Below, one piece after another: positions 31,879-43,600 of a stretch of 64,000 nucleotides of DNA. Location: the NCBI GenBank assembly GCA_964480485.1, contig CAYZOP010000002.1:370366-434365 (forward strand), in the 5' to 3' direction. This DNA is from an uncultured Desulfobacterales bacterium (GTDB lineage Bacteria; Desulfobacterota; Desulfobaccia; Desulfobaccales; 0-14-0-80-60-11). The notes beneath the pieces are model-generated. The model did not search any database and was not told the DNA's origin. It saw nothing but the letters and a program-made list of their open reading frames with translations. Positions within the stretch are counted from its first letter, which is position 1, and each line of letters opens with the position of its first letter. The translations under genes and the position numbers were made by a program.

Positions 31879-33060
31879 TCACCCCTCCAGAACGTAGCAC
31901 TTCCCCGGCAGCTCCCGGATGAGCCCCTGGAGTTCCAGGAGCGTCAGCCGGCTCATCACCTCCGGGGCCGGCAACCGGGAAATCGTCACCAACTCCTCCA
32001 GTTGCACGGGTTCGGCCCCCAGAAACGGCAGCAAGGGATCGTCCGCCCGGGACAGTCGCCTTGCCGGACCCGGCGGGGCACCCCGGGGGCCGCCCCCTCC
32101 CCCCCTATCGCCTCCGGCGCCCTGGCCCGCAGCCCCCCAGGCAGGCAGCTCCGCCAGGATGTCCGCCGCCTCCTGCACCAGCTTGGCCCCCTCCTGGATG
32201 AGGCGGTGCGGCCCCCGGCTGGTGGGGGAATCCGCCGGCCCGGGCACCGCCATGACCTCCCGCCCCTGGTCCAGGGCGCACCGCACCGTGATGGAGGTGC
32301 CGCTCTGGACTCCGGCCTCCACCACCACCACCGCCTGGGAGAGCCCGCTGATAAGCCGGTTGCGCCTGGGGAAATTCCTGGACTCGGGCGGGGTTCCCAG
32401 GGAAAACTCGCTCACCAGGGCACCGGATTGGGGGATTTTCTGGTAATACTCCTTATTTTCGGGAGGATAGACCACATCCAGGCCGCAGCCCAGCACCGCC
32501 ACGGTGGCGCCCCCGGCCTCCAGGGCCCCGGCATGGGCAGCAGTGTCAATGCCCCGGGCCAAGCCGCTTATCACCGTCACCCCAGCCTCGGCCAGCTCCC
32601 GGGCCAGCCGCCGGCTCATCTTCAAGCCGTAATAGCTGGCCTGGCGGGTCCCCACCAGGGCCACCGTCGGGCCGCTGGCAATGGGCAGGTTCCCCTTCAC
32701 AAACAGAAACGGCGGGGGATACGGGATGTCGTGCAGGCGGACCGGAAAGGCCGGGTCGTCCGCCGTCACCAGACGGAGCCCCAGAGACTGGAGTCTGAAC
32801 AGTTCGGCCTCCAGCCGATCCCAATTTCGAAAGCCGAAAATGGCCTGGGCCAGGGCCGGGGTTACGCCTTTCACACTGGTGAGCTCATGCACCTGGGCCT
32901 GGAAAACCCGCCTCGGTTCCCCGAAGGCTGCGGCCAGGCGCTGGAAGAGCACCAGCCCCACCCCGGGAATGGACCGGAGGGCCAGCCAGGGAAGTTTCGC
33001 GGCGACATCAGGGACAGCAGCTTGAGTCACGGCATACGTTGGGGAGATCTCGAGAGTCAT
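31879..33060 (-). CDS. dprA: DNA processing protein DprA (Smf)
   Basis: VISGLARGIDTAAHAGALEAGGATVAVLGCGLDVVYPPENK, a Rossmann-like core, and a C-terminal winged-helix-like tail. Confidence 0.93.
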   Translation of the reverse strand: MTLEISPTYAVTQAAVPDVAAKLPWLALRSIPGVGLVLFQRLAAAFGEPRRVFQAQVHELTSVKGVTPALAQAIFGFRNWDRLEAELFRLQSLGLRLVTADDPAFPVRLHDIPYPPPFLFVKGNLPIASGPTVALVGTRQASYYGLKMSRRLARELAEAGVTVISGLARGIDTAAHAGALEAGGATVAVLGCGLDVVYPPENKEYYQKIPQSGALVSEFSLGTPPESRNFPRRNRLISGLSQAVVVVEAGVQSGTSITVRCALDQGREVMAVPGPADSPTSRGPHRLIQEGAKLVQEAADILAELPAWGAAGQGAGGDRGGGGGPRGAPPGPARRLSRADDPLLPFLGAEPVQLEELVTISRLPAPEVMSRLTLLELQGLIRELPGKCYVLEG

Positions 33061-33178
33061 GTGGCGGGGAGGGCTGGGGGACCGCAGGCCAGCCACCCTC
33101 CCCGCCAATTCCCCTCCCCGTCAAAAGAGAGTGGGGGGAAAGGGTCTGCGACCTTCAGCCCCCTCCCCCAAACAACTT

Positions 33179-33544
33179 TCACTCGCCGGCATAATAATGG
33201 CAATACCCCCGAGACACCTGCCCCTGGGGGTTTAAGAGCATCACCTCCGCGGCCAGGACGTCGTCCACCCCCCGATAATACACCACCAGGCTGCTGACCC
33301 CCGGGAAGACCCGGAGCACCGTGAAGGTCAGGTCGGGAAACAGGGAGAGCGCCAGGGAGAAATAAGCCCGAAGCTGGGCTTTCCCCTTGAGGGTGCCGTG
33401 GGGGTCGTTCAGGAGCTGCACCACGAAGGGCGAGGTGAGCTCTGCGTCGTCGGCGTAGTGCGCCAGGATGGCCTCCAGATCGTGGCGGTTGAAGGCCCGA
33501 ACCCAATCCGCCGCCAGACGTTCCGCCTGCGCCTGGGTGAGCAT
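33179..33544 (-). CDS. NTF2/SnoaL-like fold protein
   Basis: MLTQAQAERLAADWVRAFNRHDLEAILAHYADDAEL is typical of SnoaL-like small proteins. It lies 15 nt downstream of the dynamin-like gene. Confidence 0.6.
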   Translation of the reverse strand: MLTQAQAERLAADWVRAFNRHDLEAILAHYADDAELTSPFVVQLLNDPHGTLKGKAQLRAYFSLALSLFPDLTFTVLRVFPGVSSLVVYYRGVDDVLAAEVMLLNPQGQVSRGYCHYYAGE

Positions 33545-33559
33545 CGGGTCTCGTCCTCC

Positions 33560-35809
33560 TTACGTCCCGGCAGGCGGCTGAGGCTGGCTCCCTGCCTCCG
33601 CTGCGGCCAGGGCCGCCAGCCGGGCTTCCACCTGGTGCACGTGCAGCGCCAGGTCTTCCAGGAGACGGCGACGCTCCTCCCGGTCGGCTTCTCCCTGGCT
33701 CAAGGCGGCCGCCAGACTCTCCAGATCGGTGAGGAGGCTTTTAAGCTGGCTGTCCAGGCTCTCCACCAACCCCTGACGGAACTCGTCCACCAGCGGAAAG
33801 AGATACCGAAACTTCAACCCCTCGCCGAAGTCCAGGAGCTGGACCCGTAATTCCTCCTGCACCCATTTTCGAATGGCGCTCAAAGCCCGCCTGATTTCCC
33901 GCTCTTCCTGCTGACGGGGGTCGGTGACCCCCTTGAACCCCAATCTGGCCTTGACCTTTTCCCAGGCGCGCTCCAAAAACCCCATGCCGGTGTGCAGCCA
34001 GACCTCTCCGGCCCAGCGCCAGCCGGGCTCCAGCTCCAGCTTGAGGAGGGGAACTTCCAGGCGGGCGGAGCGTTCCGGCAGGTCGCACCGCAGGTTCGGA
34101 GGGACGCCGGCCAGACCCAGATCGGCGGTCTCCCGGTAATACAGCGTCAAAGCCTCCCCCAGGGCCAGAAACAGGGGGGCGCAAGTCTGCCTGAGCTCCT
34201 GCTTGAGCCAGTCCTCCTGCCGCCGGACAAACTCCACCACCTGGAGATTGAACTCACCCCCGGCCAGCCTGAGCAACTCCTGCTGGAATTCCTGGAAGAG
34301 GCGATAGAGCTTCAGCCGTAAAGGTTCTGCCGGCCCGCCGGCCAGCAGGGCCTCCCAATCTGGTTGGAAGTTCGCCACAAAGCTCACCAGGAAGGCATCT
34401 TTTCCCCCCTGCTGGTCCAGGAAAGCCGCCACCCGTTTTTTCAGGGTCCCCTTAATGTGGTGGGCCGCGCCCTCCAGCGCCTGCTGGAAGCTGATGCAGG
34501 CCGCGGCCAGGGTTTGCCGGCGGGCCTCCAGTTTCCCGGCCAACTCCCGAAACGCCCCGGCGTCCTGGCCGAGGACGGTGCGGGCCAGCTGCACCTGCTC
34601 TGCCAGCCCCCGGGCCACCATGTGGACCTGCGTCAGGCTGCCGCCGGCCAGCCTCCGGGTCTTGACGGCCTCCAGGGACTCCTGCAACGAGGCGCGAAAT
34701 TCCCGCCAACCGGCATCGCTGAGGGCGACTTTGGCCGGATCCGCGGCCCACAGGGTGAGCAGCCCCTCTTCCCCCGGTTCCAGGTCTCCGGCGGCGCGGC
34801 GGCCCTCTAACAAGAGCTTCAAGGCGGAAAACGACGCCATCCGGGGATGGGGCAGCAATCCGGCCAACTCGCGCCGCACCCGGGCAGCCAGGGCCTGACA
34901 GTCCGCTTCACTTTGATGCTCGGTAAGGTCCAGATTGAGGACAAAGAGGAGGTGCTCCCCCAGCCCCATGCGGTTCAACTCCTGGAGGAACTGAAAGTCG
35001 GCCCTTCGCAGACCCACCCGGGAGCTGATGACATAGATGCCCAAATCGCAGGTGAGGAGATAGGCCAACACCTGGGTCAGGTGCTGGGGGAGGGGCGAAT
35101 CGCTTCCCTGGCAATCGCCCAGTTCCACCCAGAGCGGCAGATCCGGGATGGGGATGGTGAGGGTGGCGTCCTGCAAATACACCGCCAACTCTTCCCGGGT
35201 CACCAATTCCTGGTGCCGGCTGAGTTCCGGTCCGGTCAATTCCAGCCGACCCGCCGCCAGCACCTCCCGGACCCGGTCATAGCCCGCCAGATAGGCGGAG
35301 AGCAGGGCGAAATTCGGATTCAGCGTGCCAGAAGCCCACAGCGAGGTCATCTCGCCTTCGGCCAGAATCTGGCGCAACAACTCCCGGTCCGCCGCCAGGC
35401 TCAGGTCGAAGGCGGCGGGATGTTCCTCCAGGCGGGCGTCCGCCAACAGGTTGAGGGCCTGCTGAATCTCCCCACCGATGGCGTCCAGGTTCTTGAACTG
35501 GAGCACCGCCCGCTCCCCGGCGCCGGGCCGGACCCGGGTGACCATGGCGGTGAGGATGCCCGCCCCCCGTTTCAACAGGTCCCGGCCCGCCAAGGCATTG
35601 ATGAGGGTGCTTTTGCCGGATTTCACCGCGCCCACCACCGCCACCCGGACGATGGCTTCGGCTAGGTGGGCCCGCACCTGTTCCAAAACGTGCAGCCAAT
35701 GCCCGGTCTGGCCGGCGGCTTGGGGAAAGAGGGCCACCCACTCCCGGGTCAGTTTCTCCAGGCGGTGGATTTCTTCGGTGAGATGGACGCTGGCGGCGGG
35801 TTCCGACAA
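33560..35809 (-). CDS. Dynamin-family (bacterial dynamin-like) large GTPase
   Basis: P-loop VVGAVKSGKSTLINALAG (35606-35632), DCQG as a G3 candidate, and a long helical C-terminal region. The ORF runs to 36052 but overlaps yajC. TTG at 35809 is preceded by GAGGAG at 6 nt. Confidence 0.8.
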   Translation of the reverse strand: MSEPAASVHLTEEIHRLEKLTREWVALFPQAAGQTGHWLHVLEQVRAHLAEAIVRVAVVGAVKSGKSTLINALAGRDLLKRGAGILTAMVTRVRPGAGERAVLQFKNLDAIGGEIQQALNLLADARLEEHPAAFDLSLAADRELLRQILAEGEMTSLWASGTLNPNFALLSAYLAGYDRVREVLAAGRLELTGPELSRHQELVTREELAVYLQDATLTIPIPDLPLWVELGDCQGSDSPLPQHLTQVLAYLLTCDLGIYVISSRVGLRRADFQFLQELNRMGLGEHLLFVLNLDLTEHQSEADCQALAARVRRELAGLLPHPRMASFSALKLLLEGRRAAGDLEPGEEGLLTLWAADPAKVALSDAGWREFRASLQESLEAVKTRRLAGGSLTQVHMVARGLAEQVQLARTVLGQDAGAFRELAGKLEARRQTLAAACISFQQALEGAAHHIKGTLKKRVAAFLDQQGGKDAFLVSFVANFQPDWEALLAGGPAEPLRLKLYRLFQEFQQELLRLAGGEFNLQVVEFVRRQEDWLKQELRQTCAPLFLALGEALTLYYRETADLGLAGVPPNLRCDLPERSARLEVPLLKLELEPGWRWAGEVWLHTGMGFLERAWEKVKARLGFKGVTDPRQQEEREIRRALSAIRKWVQEELRVQLLDFGEGLKFRYLFPLVDEFRQGLVESLDSQLKSLLTDLESLAAALSQGEADREERRRLLEDLALHVHQVEARLAALAAAEAGSQPQPPAGT

Positions 35810-35987
35810 TCGCAGCTCCTCGTGGTCATGGGTTTCCAGGTTTATTGCGTGGGAGGAGGAGGCGTTGGGGAGGAGACCCGAATCCCCTGCCCCGGCCCCC
35901 CCACTCCAGGCGCGTAGCGCGGGGTGGGGAGGAAGGCGTGCAGGGAGCCGGAAGGTCCAGGGGCTCCGGCCACCTCGCCTCGACCGC

Positions 35988-36302
35988 TCACTTCTTGGGA
36001 GCGTAGCCGGTGATGTAGGGGCGGGAGACCTCCACCCGCACCTTGTCGGCAATCTCCAGGGTCAGCACCTGGTCGTTGATGGCGATGATTTCGCCGATGA
36101 GGCCGCCGGCGGTGAGGACCCGGTCGCCCCGTTTCAGGCTGTCCAGCATGGCCCGGTGCTCCTTGGCTTTCCGCTGTTGGGGCCGAATCAGGAGAAAGTA
36201 AAAGACCGCCACCATGAGGACCATGGGGACCACCATGCTCCACAGGGGGCTGTCGGCTCCGCCCGCCCCATTGGCGGCAAAGGCTAAGTCAACCACTCGC
36301 AT
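35988..36302 (-). CDS. yajC: Preprotein translocase subunit YajC
   Basis: VVPMVLMVAVFYFLLIRPQQRKAKEHRAMLDSLKRGDRVLTAGGLIGEI. The start is ambiguous (ATG 36311, ATG 36302 or GTG 36296), and all three overlap the tgt 3' end. Confidence 0.9.
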   Translation of the reverse strand: MRVVDLAFAANGAGGADSPLWSMVVPMVLMVAVFYFLLIRPQQRKAKEHRAMLDSLKRGDRVLTAGGLIGEIIAINDQVLTLEIADKVRVEVSRPYITGYAPKK

Positions 36303-37413
36303 CTCCTCCATTGCCACGTTTTTGATAGAAATCCCGGTAAAAGGCGGCAAACTGGCCGGCTGCCAGGGCCTGCCGCATTTCGGCCATGAGATTGAGGTAA
36401 TAGTATAAATTATGCACCGTTAAAAGGCGATAGGCCAGGATTTCCCGGGCCTGAAAAAGGTGCCGGAGATAGGCCCGGGAATAGTGGCGGCAGGTGTAAC
36501 AGCCGCAGGTGGCCGACAGGGGCTCGGGGTCCTCGGCGAAGGCGGCGTTGCGGATCATCAGGGGGCCGGTGTCGGTGAAGACCTGGCCGTTGCGGGCGTT
36601 GCGCGTGGGGATGACGCAGTCGAAGAGGTCCGCCCCCCGGGCCACCCCCTCCACCAGGTCCTCGGGCAGACCCATGCCCATGATATAGCGGGGCCTGTCC
36701 GCCGGCAAGGCCGGCAACGCCGCCTCCATCATGGCGTAGGTGGTGTCCTTGTCTTCGCCGACGCTGAGCCCCCCCAGGGCGAAGCCGGAAAACTCCAACT
36801 CGCCCAGGGACTGGGCCTGCTCCCGCCGCCAGTCCGGGTTGGCGCCGCCCTGGACGATGGCAAAGAGGGCCGCGCCTTCCCGCCGCCAGACGGCCAGGGA
36901 CCGCCGGGCCCAGCGCTCGGTCAGGTCCGTGGCCCGGCGCAGCTCCGCCTCGGGGCAGGGATGGGGGGGACATTCATCCAGGCACATCATGATGTCCACC
37001 CCCAGGGTCTCCTGCAACTCCACCACCTTTTCCGGGGTCAGAACGTGGAGGTCGCCGTTGAGGTGGGAGCGGAAGGTGACGCCCTCCTCGTCTATGGTGC
37101 GGAAGGGCGCCAGGCTGAAAACCTGGAACCCCCCGGAATCGGTGAGGATGGGACCCGGCCAGTTCATGAACCGGTGCAGCCCGCCCAGTTTGGCGATGAG
37201 CTCCACCCCGGGCCGCAGATAGAGGTGATAGACATTGCTTAAAATGATGCTGGCCCCCAGATCCCGCACCTCTTCCGGAGTCATGGTCTTCACCGTGCCG
37301 TAGGTGCCCACCGGCATGAAGGCCGGCGTTGCCACCCGGCCCCGGGCCGTGGTCATCACCCCCAAACGCGGCTCCCCGGGCCCGGCCGGCGTGAGCAACT
37401 CAAAGCTAAACAT
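36289..37413 (-). CDS. tgt: Queuine tRNA-ribosyltransferase
   Basis: TPAFMPVGTYGTVK, LTDSGGFQV, C..C.C..H zinc site (CGCYTCRHYSRAYLRHL). Confidence 0.97.
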   Translation of the reverse strand: MFSFELLTPAGPGEPRLGVMTTARGRVATPAFMPVGTYGTVKTMTPEEVRDLGASIILSNVYHLYLRPGVELIAKLGGLHRFMNWPGPILTDSGGFQVFSLAPFRTIDEEGVTFRSHLNGDLHVLTPEKVVELQETLGVDIMMCLDECPPHPCPEAELRRATDLTERWARRSLAVWRREGAALFAIVQGGANPDWRREQAQSLGELEFSGFALGGLSVGEDKDTTYAMMEAALPALPADRPRYIMGMGLPEDLVEGVARGADLFDCVIPTRNARNGQVFTDTGPLMIRNAAFAEDPEPLSATCGCYTCRHYSRAYLRHLFQAREILAYRLLTVHNLYYYLNLMAEMRQALAAGQFAAFYRDFYQKRGNGGDASG

Positions 37414-37583
37414 GGCTGTGGTGGCCTCTGAAAAAAAGGCTCAGGGCCGCTGGCCCTCACCCTTCCCCCCGTCCCTGATTTTTTTCCCGTTTAAAACCCG
37501 AGGCCGCAGGCCCCGGTTCCCAGGCAAACCGAGGGGGAGGGCGGGCCGCATCACCAGGTCCCTGGCTCTCCCCCGGCATCTTC

Positions 37584-38636
37584 TTAGCGAATCAGCATGC
37601 AGTCGCCGTAGCTGTAGAAGCGGTAGCGCCATTTGACTGCCTCTTCGTAGGCCCTGAGGATCAGGCTCCGTCCGGCGAAGGCGCTCACCAACAGGAGCAG
37701 CGTTGACCGGGGCAGGTGGAAGTTGGTGAGCAGCCGGTCCACGGCCTGGAAGCGGTAGCCGGGGTAGATGAAGAGGTCGCACCAGCCGGCCTGCGCCACC
37801 AGCCCCTCTGCCGTCCAGCAGGTTTCCAGCACCCGCACGGTGGTGGTGCCCACGGCCACCAGGCGGCGGCCGGCGGTCTTGGCGGCGTTGAGGCGCCGGG
37901 CGGTGGCCTCTGAGAGCTCGAAATATTCCGGCGCCAGGACGTGAGCGGTATAGTCCTGAGTCCTCACCGGGGAAAAAGTTCCGGGGCCCACGTGCAGGGT
38001 GACCGAGGCGGTCTCCACCCCCCGGGCCGACAGAGCTGCCAGCACCCGGGGAGTGAAGTGGAGGCCGGCGGTGGGGCAGGCGATAGCCCCGGTCTTTTGG
38101 GCGAACAAGGTCTGATAGCTCTCCCGGTCGGCCGCGGTAGCCGGACGCCGGATATATGGAGGCAAGGGAGTTTGACCCTCCGCGGCCACAGCCTCGCGAA
38201 CGTCGCCTCGCCGGCTCCTGAACAGCACCTCCACTACCCCCGCCCGGGGCTGGCCCAGCACTTCGCCGCTGAGGTGCTCCCCGAACCTGAGCCTCTGCCC
38301 GGGCTTCAGACGCCGGCCCCGGTAGCCGGCTAAGGCCCGGCCTCGACAGGAGTCCCCGCCGTTTTCCGGGATGGGGGGGTGATGCAACAACAGTTCCACC
38401 GCACCGCCGGTCTCCTTAGCACCTTGAAGCCTAGCCGGGAAGACCCGGGTGTCATTCACTACCAGGACGTCGCCGGGGTCCAGCCACTGGGGCAGGTCGC
38501 CGAAGACCACGGGCGTGAGTCTGCCTCCCTCCCGGTCCACCACCAGGAGCCGGGCGGCGTCCCGGGGTTCGGCTGGGTATAACGCCACCAACTCCGGCGG
38601 CAGGTGGTAATCGAAATCTTCGATCCGAGCGGTCAT
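37584..38636 (-). CDS. queA: S-adenosylmethionine:tRNA ribosyltransferase-isomerase
   Basis: MTARIEDFDYHLPPELVALYP.. start, and TNFHLPRSTLLLLVSAF near the C-terminus. The ATG at 38636 is preferred over 38756. Confidence 0.95.
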   Translation of the reverse strand: MTARIEDFDYHLPPELVALYPAEPRDAARLLVVDREGGRLTPVVFGDLPQWLDPGDVLVVNDTRVFPARLQGAKETGGAVELLLHHPPIPENGGDSCRGRALAGYRGRRLKPGQRLRFGEHLSGEVLGQPRAGVVEVLFRSRRGDVREAVAAEGQTPLPPYIRRPATAADRESYQTLFAQKTGAIACPTAGLHFTPRVLAALSARGVETASVTLHVGPGTFSPVRTQDYTAHVLAPEYFELSEATARRLNAAKTAGRRLVAVGTTTVRVLETCWTAEGLVAQAGWCDLFIYPGYRFQAVDRLLTNFHLPRSTLLLLVSAFAGRSLILRAYEEAVKWRYRFYSYGDCMLIR

Positions 38637-38701
38637 GGCTTTCAGGAGATAATCCAAAACTTCTGCGCCTGTCAATGGCCTCCAAGTGGGTTTGTTAGGA
38701 T

Positions 38702-38728
38702 ATAATACCAATTTGCCGGTTTTTACAA
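38702..38728 (-). promoter_or_regulatory. Candidate promoter for queA
   Basis: Minus strand: TTGTAA (38728-38723), 15-nt spacer, TGgTATTAT extended -10 (-10 hexamer 38707-38702). Confidence 0.4.
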
Positions 38729-38853
38729 AAAGACTTTGGGGGCCGTGCCCTTTCATCCCGCCTGTTTTCCATGGCAGGCTTGCGGATTGGGGTTCTCCCC
38801 TTGCTTTTTCCGGGGAGATATATCATACTAACTAACTATAATAAGGAATTGCC

Positions 38854-39540
38854 ATGCTTCAGTTCTCTTCGGCGCTGATCTGCCTGATCCTGGCGACTCT
38901 TCTGAGCGCTGCGGGCTTTCCCCGCCCGGCCTTGGCCTTCCCGGTGGAGGACGAGGTGGCCCGCATTCAGGCACAATACGACCGGGCTGGTGGTTTCAAG
39001 GCCTACTTCCGCCAGGAGTCCCGACTCAAGGGAGGCGGCCAGAGCGATACCGCCGAAGGCTGGGTCTATTTCAAACGGCCCCTGCGCATGCGCTGGCAGT
39101 ATGAAAAGCCGGCCGATCAGAAAAAGGAAGTGATCTGCGACGGCAAACAGGTTTATATGTACATCCCCCAGGACAGCCTGGTGATGGTGTACCCCATGAA
39201 CCGGGTGCTGAGAAGCGACTTGGTCCTCCGCTTCTTTTCGGGTATTGCCCAGGTCCGCCAGGATTTTCAGATGGCCTGGCGGCGACCGCCCCAGGATGGT
39301 GCCAGTTATCTCATTGATCTGACCCCCCTCAAGCCCCAGGCGGAGTTGAAGCGCCTCAGCCTCACCGTCAACCCCGCTACGCATCAGGTGGAGGTCCTGG
39401 AATTTACCAACGCCCTGGGCGAGGAGACCAGATTTCTCTTCACCCGCATCCAACTGGACTACGACGCCCCGCCGGACTTTTTCACCTTCACCCCCCCGCC
39501 TGGGGTTCAGGTGGTCCGGGACGCGCCCGGCGCCAGTTGA
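38854..39540 (+). CDS. lolA: Outer-membrane lipoprotein carrier LolA family protein
   Basis: Signal peptide, then F.Q......G......G.VYFKRP..MRWQY..P...EVICDGKQVYMY.P pattern. Confidence 0.85.
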   Translation: MLQFSSALICLILATLLSAAGFPRPALAFPVEDEVARIQAQYDRAGGFKAYFRQESRLKGGGQSDTAEGWVYFKRPLRMRWQYEKPADQKKEVICDGKQVYMYIPQDSLVMVYPMNRVLRSDLVLRFFSGIAQVRQDFQMAWRRPPQDGASYLIDLTPLKPQAELKRLSLTVNPATHQVEVLEFTNALGEETRFLFTRIQLDYDAPPDFFTFTPPPGVQVVRDAPGAS

Positions 39541-39601
39541 GCCTCAGACCCAGACTTGGCCCCAGGCCCCGGAAGGGCCCGGGCAAGTATAGGCTTTCAC
39601 C

Positions 39602-40516
39602 ATGACCATCGCCGCCAAACAACAGGAAGTGCGCCAGTGGCTGGCCAGACGCAACGCCATCCTGCTGGCCCATAACTATCAACCGCCGGAGATCCAGGAC
39701 ACCGCCGATTTTCTGGGTGATTCCCTGGCCTTGTCCCTCACCGCCGCCAAAACCCCGGCTGCGGTCATCGTCTTTGCCGGGGTGCATTTCATGGCCGAGA
39801 CCGCCGCCATTCTCTGCCCCGACAAGACAGTGCTCCTGCCCCGGCTGGACGTGGGCTGCTTCATGGCCGACACCATCAGCGCCCAGGACCTAAGGGAGCG
39901 TAAGGCCCAGCTTCCGGGGGTGCCGGTGGTCACCTACGTCAACTCCTCGGCGGCGGTGAAGGCGGAAAGCGATATCTGCTGCACTTCGGCCAACGCCGTC
40001 AAGGTGGTCAATTCCCTGGCGGCTTCCCGGGTGCTCATGGTGCCCGACCAAAACCTGGCCAAATACACCGCCCGCCACACCGACAAGGAAGTGCTCTTCT
40101 GGCAGGGCTGCTGCAACATCCACGACGCCCTCACCGCGGAAGAGGTTAAGGACTGCCGCCGCAGCCACCCTGAGGCGCTGTTTTTGGCGCACCCGGAGTG
40201 CCGCCCCGAAGTCCTGGACCTTGCGGATGCCATTCGCAGCACCAGCGGCATGCTGGAGTTTGTGCGGGCTTCTGCCGCCCCGGAATTCATCGTGGGCACC
40301 GAGCAGGGCATTCTTTACACCCTGAAGCAGCAAAATCCCGGCAAAAAGTTTTACTCCCCCTCCCCCCGTCTGGTCTGCCCGGACATGAAGCGCATCTCCC
40401 TGGACGACATCGTGACCGCCCTGAAGGAAAACCGCCACCTTATCACTCTCCCCGAAGACATGCGTCGCCGGGCCTTGACCGCCGTGGAGCGTATGCTGGC
40501 CGTGCCCCGGGATTGA
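39602..40516 (+). CDS. nadA: Quinolinate synthase
   Basis: ILAHNYQPPEIQD.ADFLGDSL, VHFMAETA, TYVNSSA, 304 aa. Confidence 0.95.
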   Translation: MTIAAKQQEVRQWLARRNAILLAHNYQPPEIQDTADFLGDSLALSLTAAKTPAAVIVFAGVHFMAETAAILCPDKTVLLPRLDVGCFMADTISAQDLRERKAQLPGVPVVTYVNSSAAVKAESDICCTSANAVKVVNSLAASRVLMVPDQNLAKYTARHTDKEVLFWQGCCNIHDALTAEEVKDCRRSHPEALFLAHPECRPEVLDLADAIRSTSGMLEFVRASAAPEFIVGTEQGILYTLKQQNPGKKFYSPSPRLVCPDMKRISLDDIVTALKENRHLITLPEDMRRRALTAVERMLAVPRD

Positions 40517-40632
40517 GCTCCGCCGGCCGGCACCGGCATTTTCCGGCGGGGCCGGGGTCCTGGCCTGACATTGGCCCGCCTCTTGCAAGCCATCCGGGTG
40601 CACCCCAGATTCGGTCTTGTTCAGGAGGCTCA

Positions 40633-40899
40633 ATGGCCATCAACGACCCCTTGAAGGATATCCGGCATTCCCTGCACGAGCTGGCCCAACCTCTGGCGGC
40701 GGTCACCGGCTTGGTGGACCTCCTGCTCATTGACCGCCAGCTGGACCAGGAGCTCTTTCAGGATATCCAGCTGATCAGCCAGAAGCTGGACCGGGTCCTG
40801 GACATCATCGCCCACATCCGGGAAATTGTCCGGGTTGCCACCCAGTCCCTGGAAGGGCCGGGGCCGTCGGCCCCGGAACACAACCTTCCTGGGGCTTGA
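40633..40899 (+). CDS. Stand-alone HisKA/DHp-like domain protein (88 aa)
   Basis: AGGAGG lies upstream of ATG 40633. IRHSLHELAQPLAAVTGLVDLLL matches the H-box consensus (H-E-L-x-x-P-L). No ATPase domain follows. Confidence 0.6.
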   Translation: MAINDPLKDIRHSLHELAQPLAAVTGLVDLLLIDRQLDQELFQDIQLISQKLDRVLDIIAHIREIVRVATQSLEGPGPSAPEHNLPGA

Positions 40900-41064
40900 A
40901 CGTCAACCCCTGGAGCCGGCAGGCAACCCGCCGGATCCTGGTGGCCGGTATTGTTTTCCGGGGGTAAACGCCGCACCCTGCCGGCAGAGGCGGCGCGCCG
41001 CGGTAAGGCCATCAGAGAGAAAGTGGCCTCCTGGGCCTCCAGGGGAGCCGGATCCCCTGCCCTC

Positions 41065-41093
41065 TTGCGCATCCCGGAAAAACCCCTTATTAT
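41065..41093 (+). promoter_or_regulatory. Candidate sigma70 promoter for ligA
   Basis: TTGCGC (41065-41070), 17-nt spacer, TATTAT (41088-41093), about 115 nt upstream of the ligA ATG. Confidence 0.4.
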
Positions 41094-41181
41094 CAGGGTG
41101 ACGGTGGCAGGGGGGGACCGACCGCGGTTTCCTGCGCGGCGGAGACGTTGCCCTCTGGCCGGCCGCGGCGGTCACCGGTAA

Positions 41182-43520
<2,339 letters not shown>

Positions 43521-43600
43521 TTATCCAAGGTTTTCGGCAGGCAGCCTCGGCAGCTTTGCGTGCTGCCTGCCGACCTTTATTCTGCGAACAAGGATCAGCA

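Noticed and set aside
37414-37583. Possible terminator between queA and tgt (AGGGCC-agc-GGCCCT followed by gagcc and T7 on the minus strand, near 37431-37460).
   Set aside because: The stem is only 6 bp, and a 5-nt gap precedes the U-run. That is too weak to call, although partial termination cannot be excluded.
40951-41181. 76-aa ORF in the ligA leader. Similar Arg/Pro/Gly-rich ORFs occur in other spacers (7804-8301, 8003-8350, 23733-24158, 44740-45186).
   Set aside because: No SD, extreme Arg/Gly/Pro composition, and overlap with promoter or hairpin elements. These are most likely chance ORFs.
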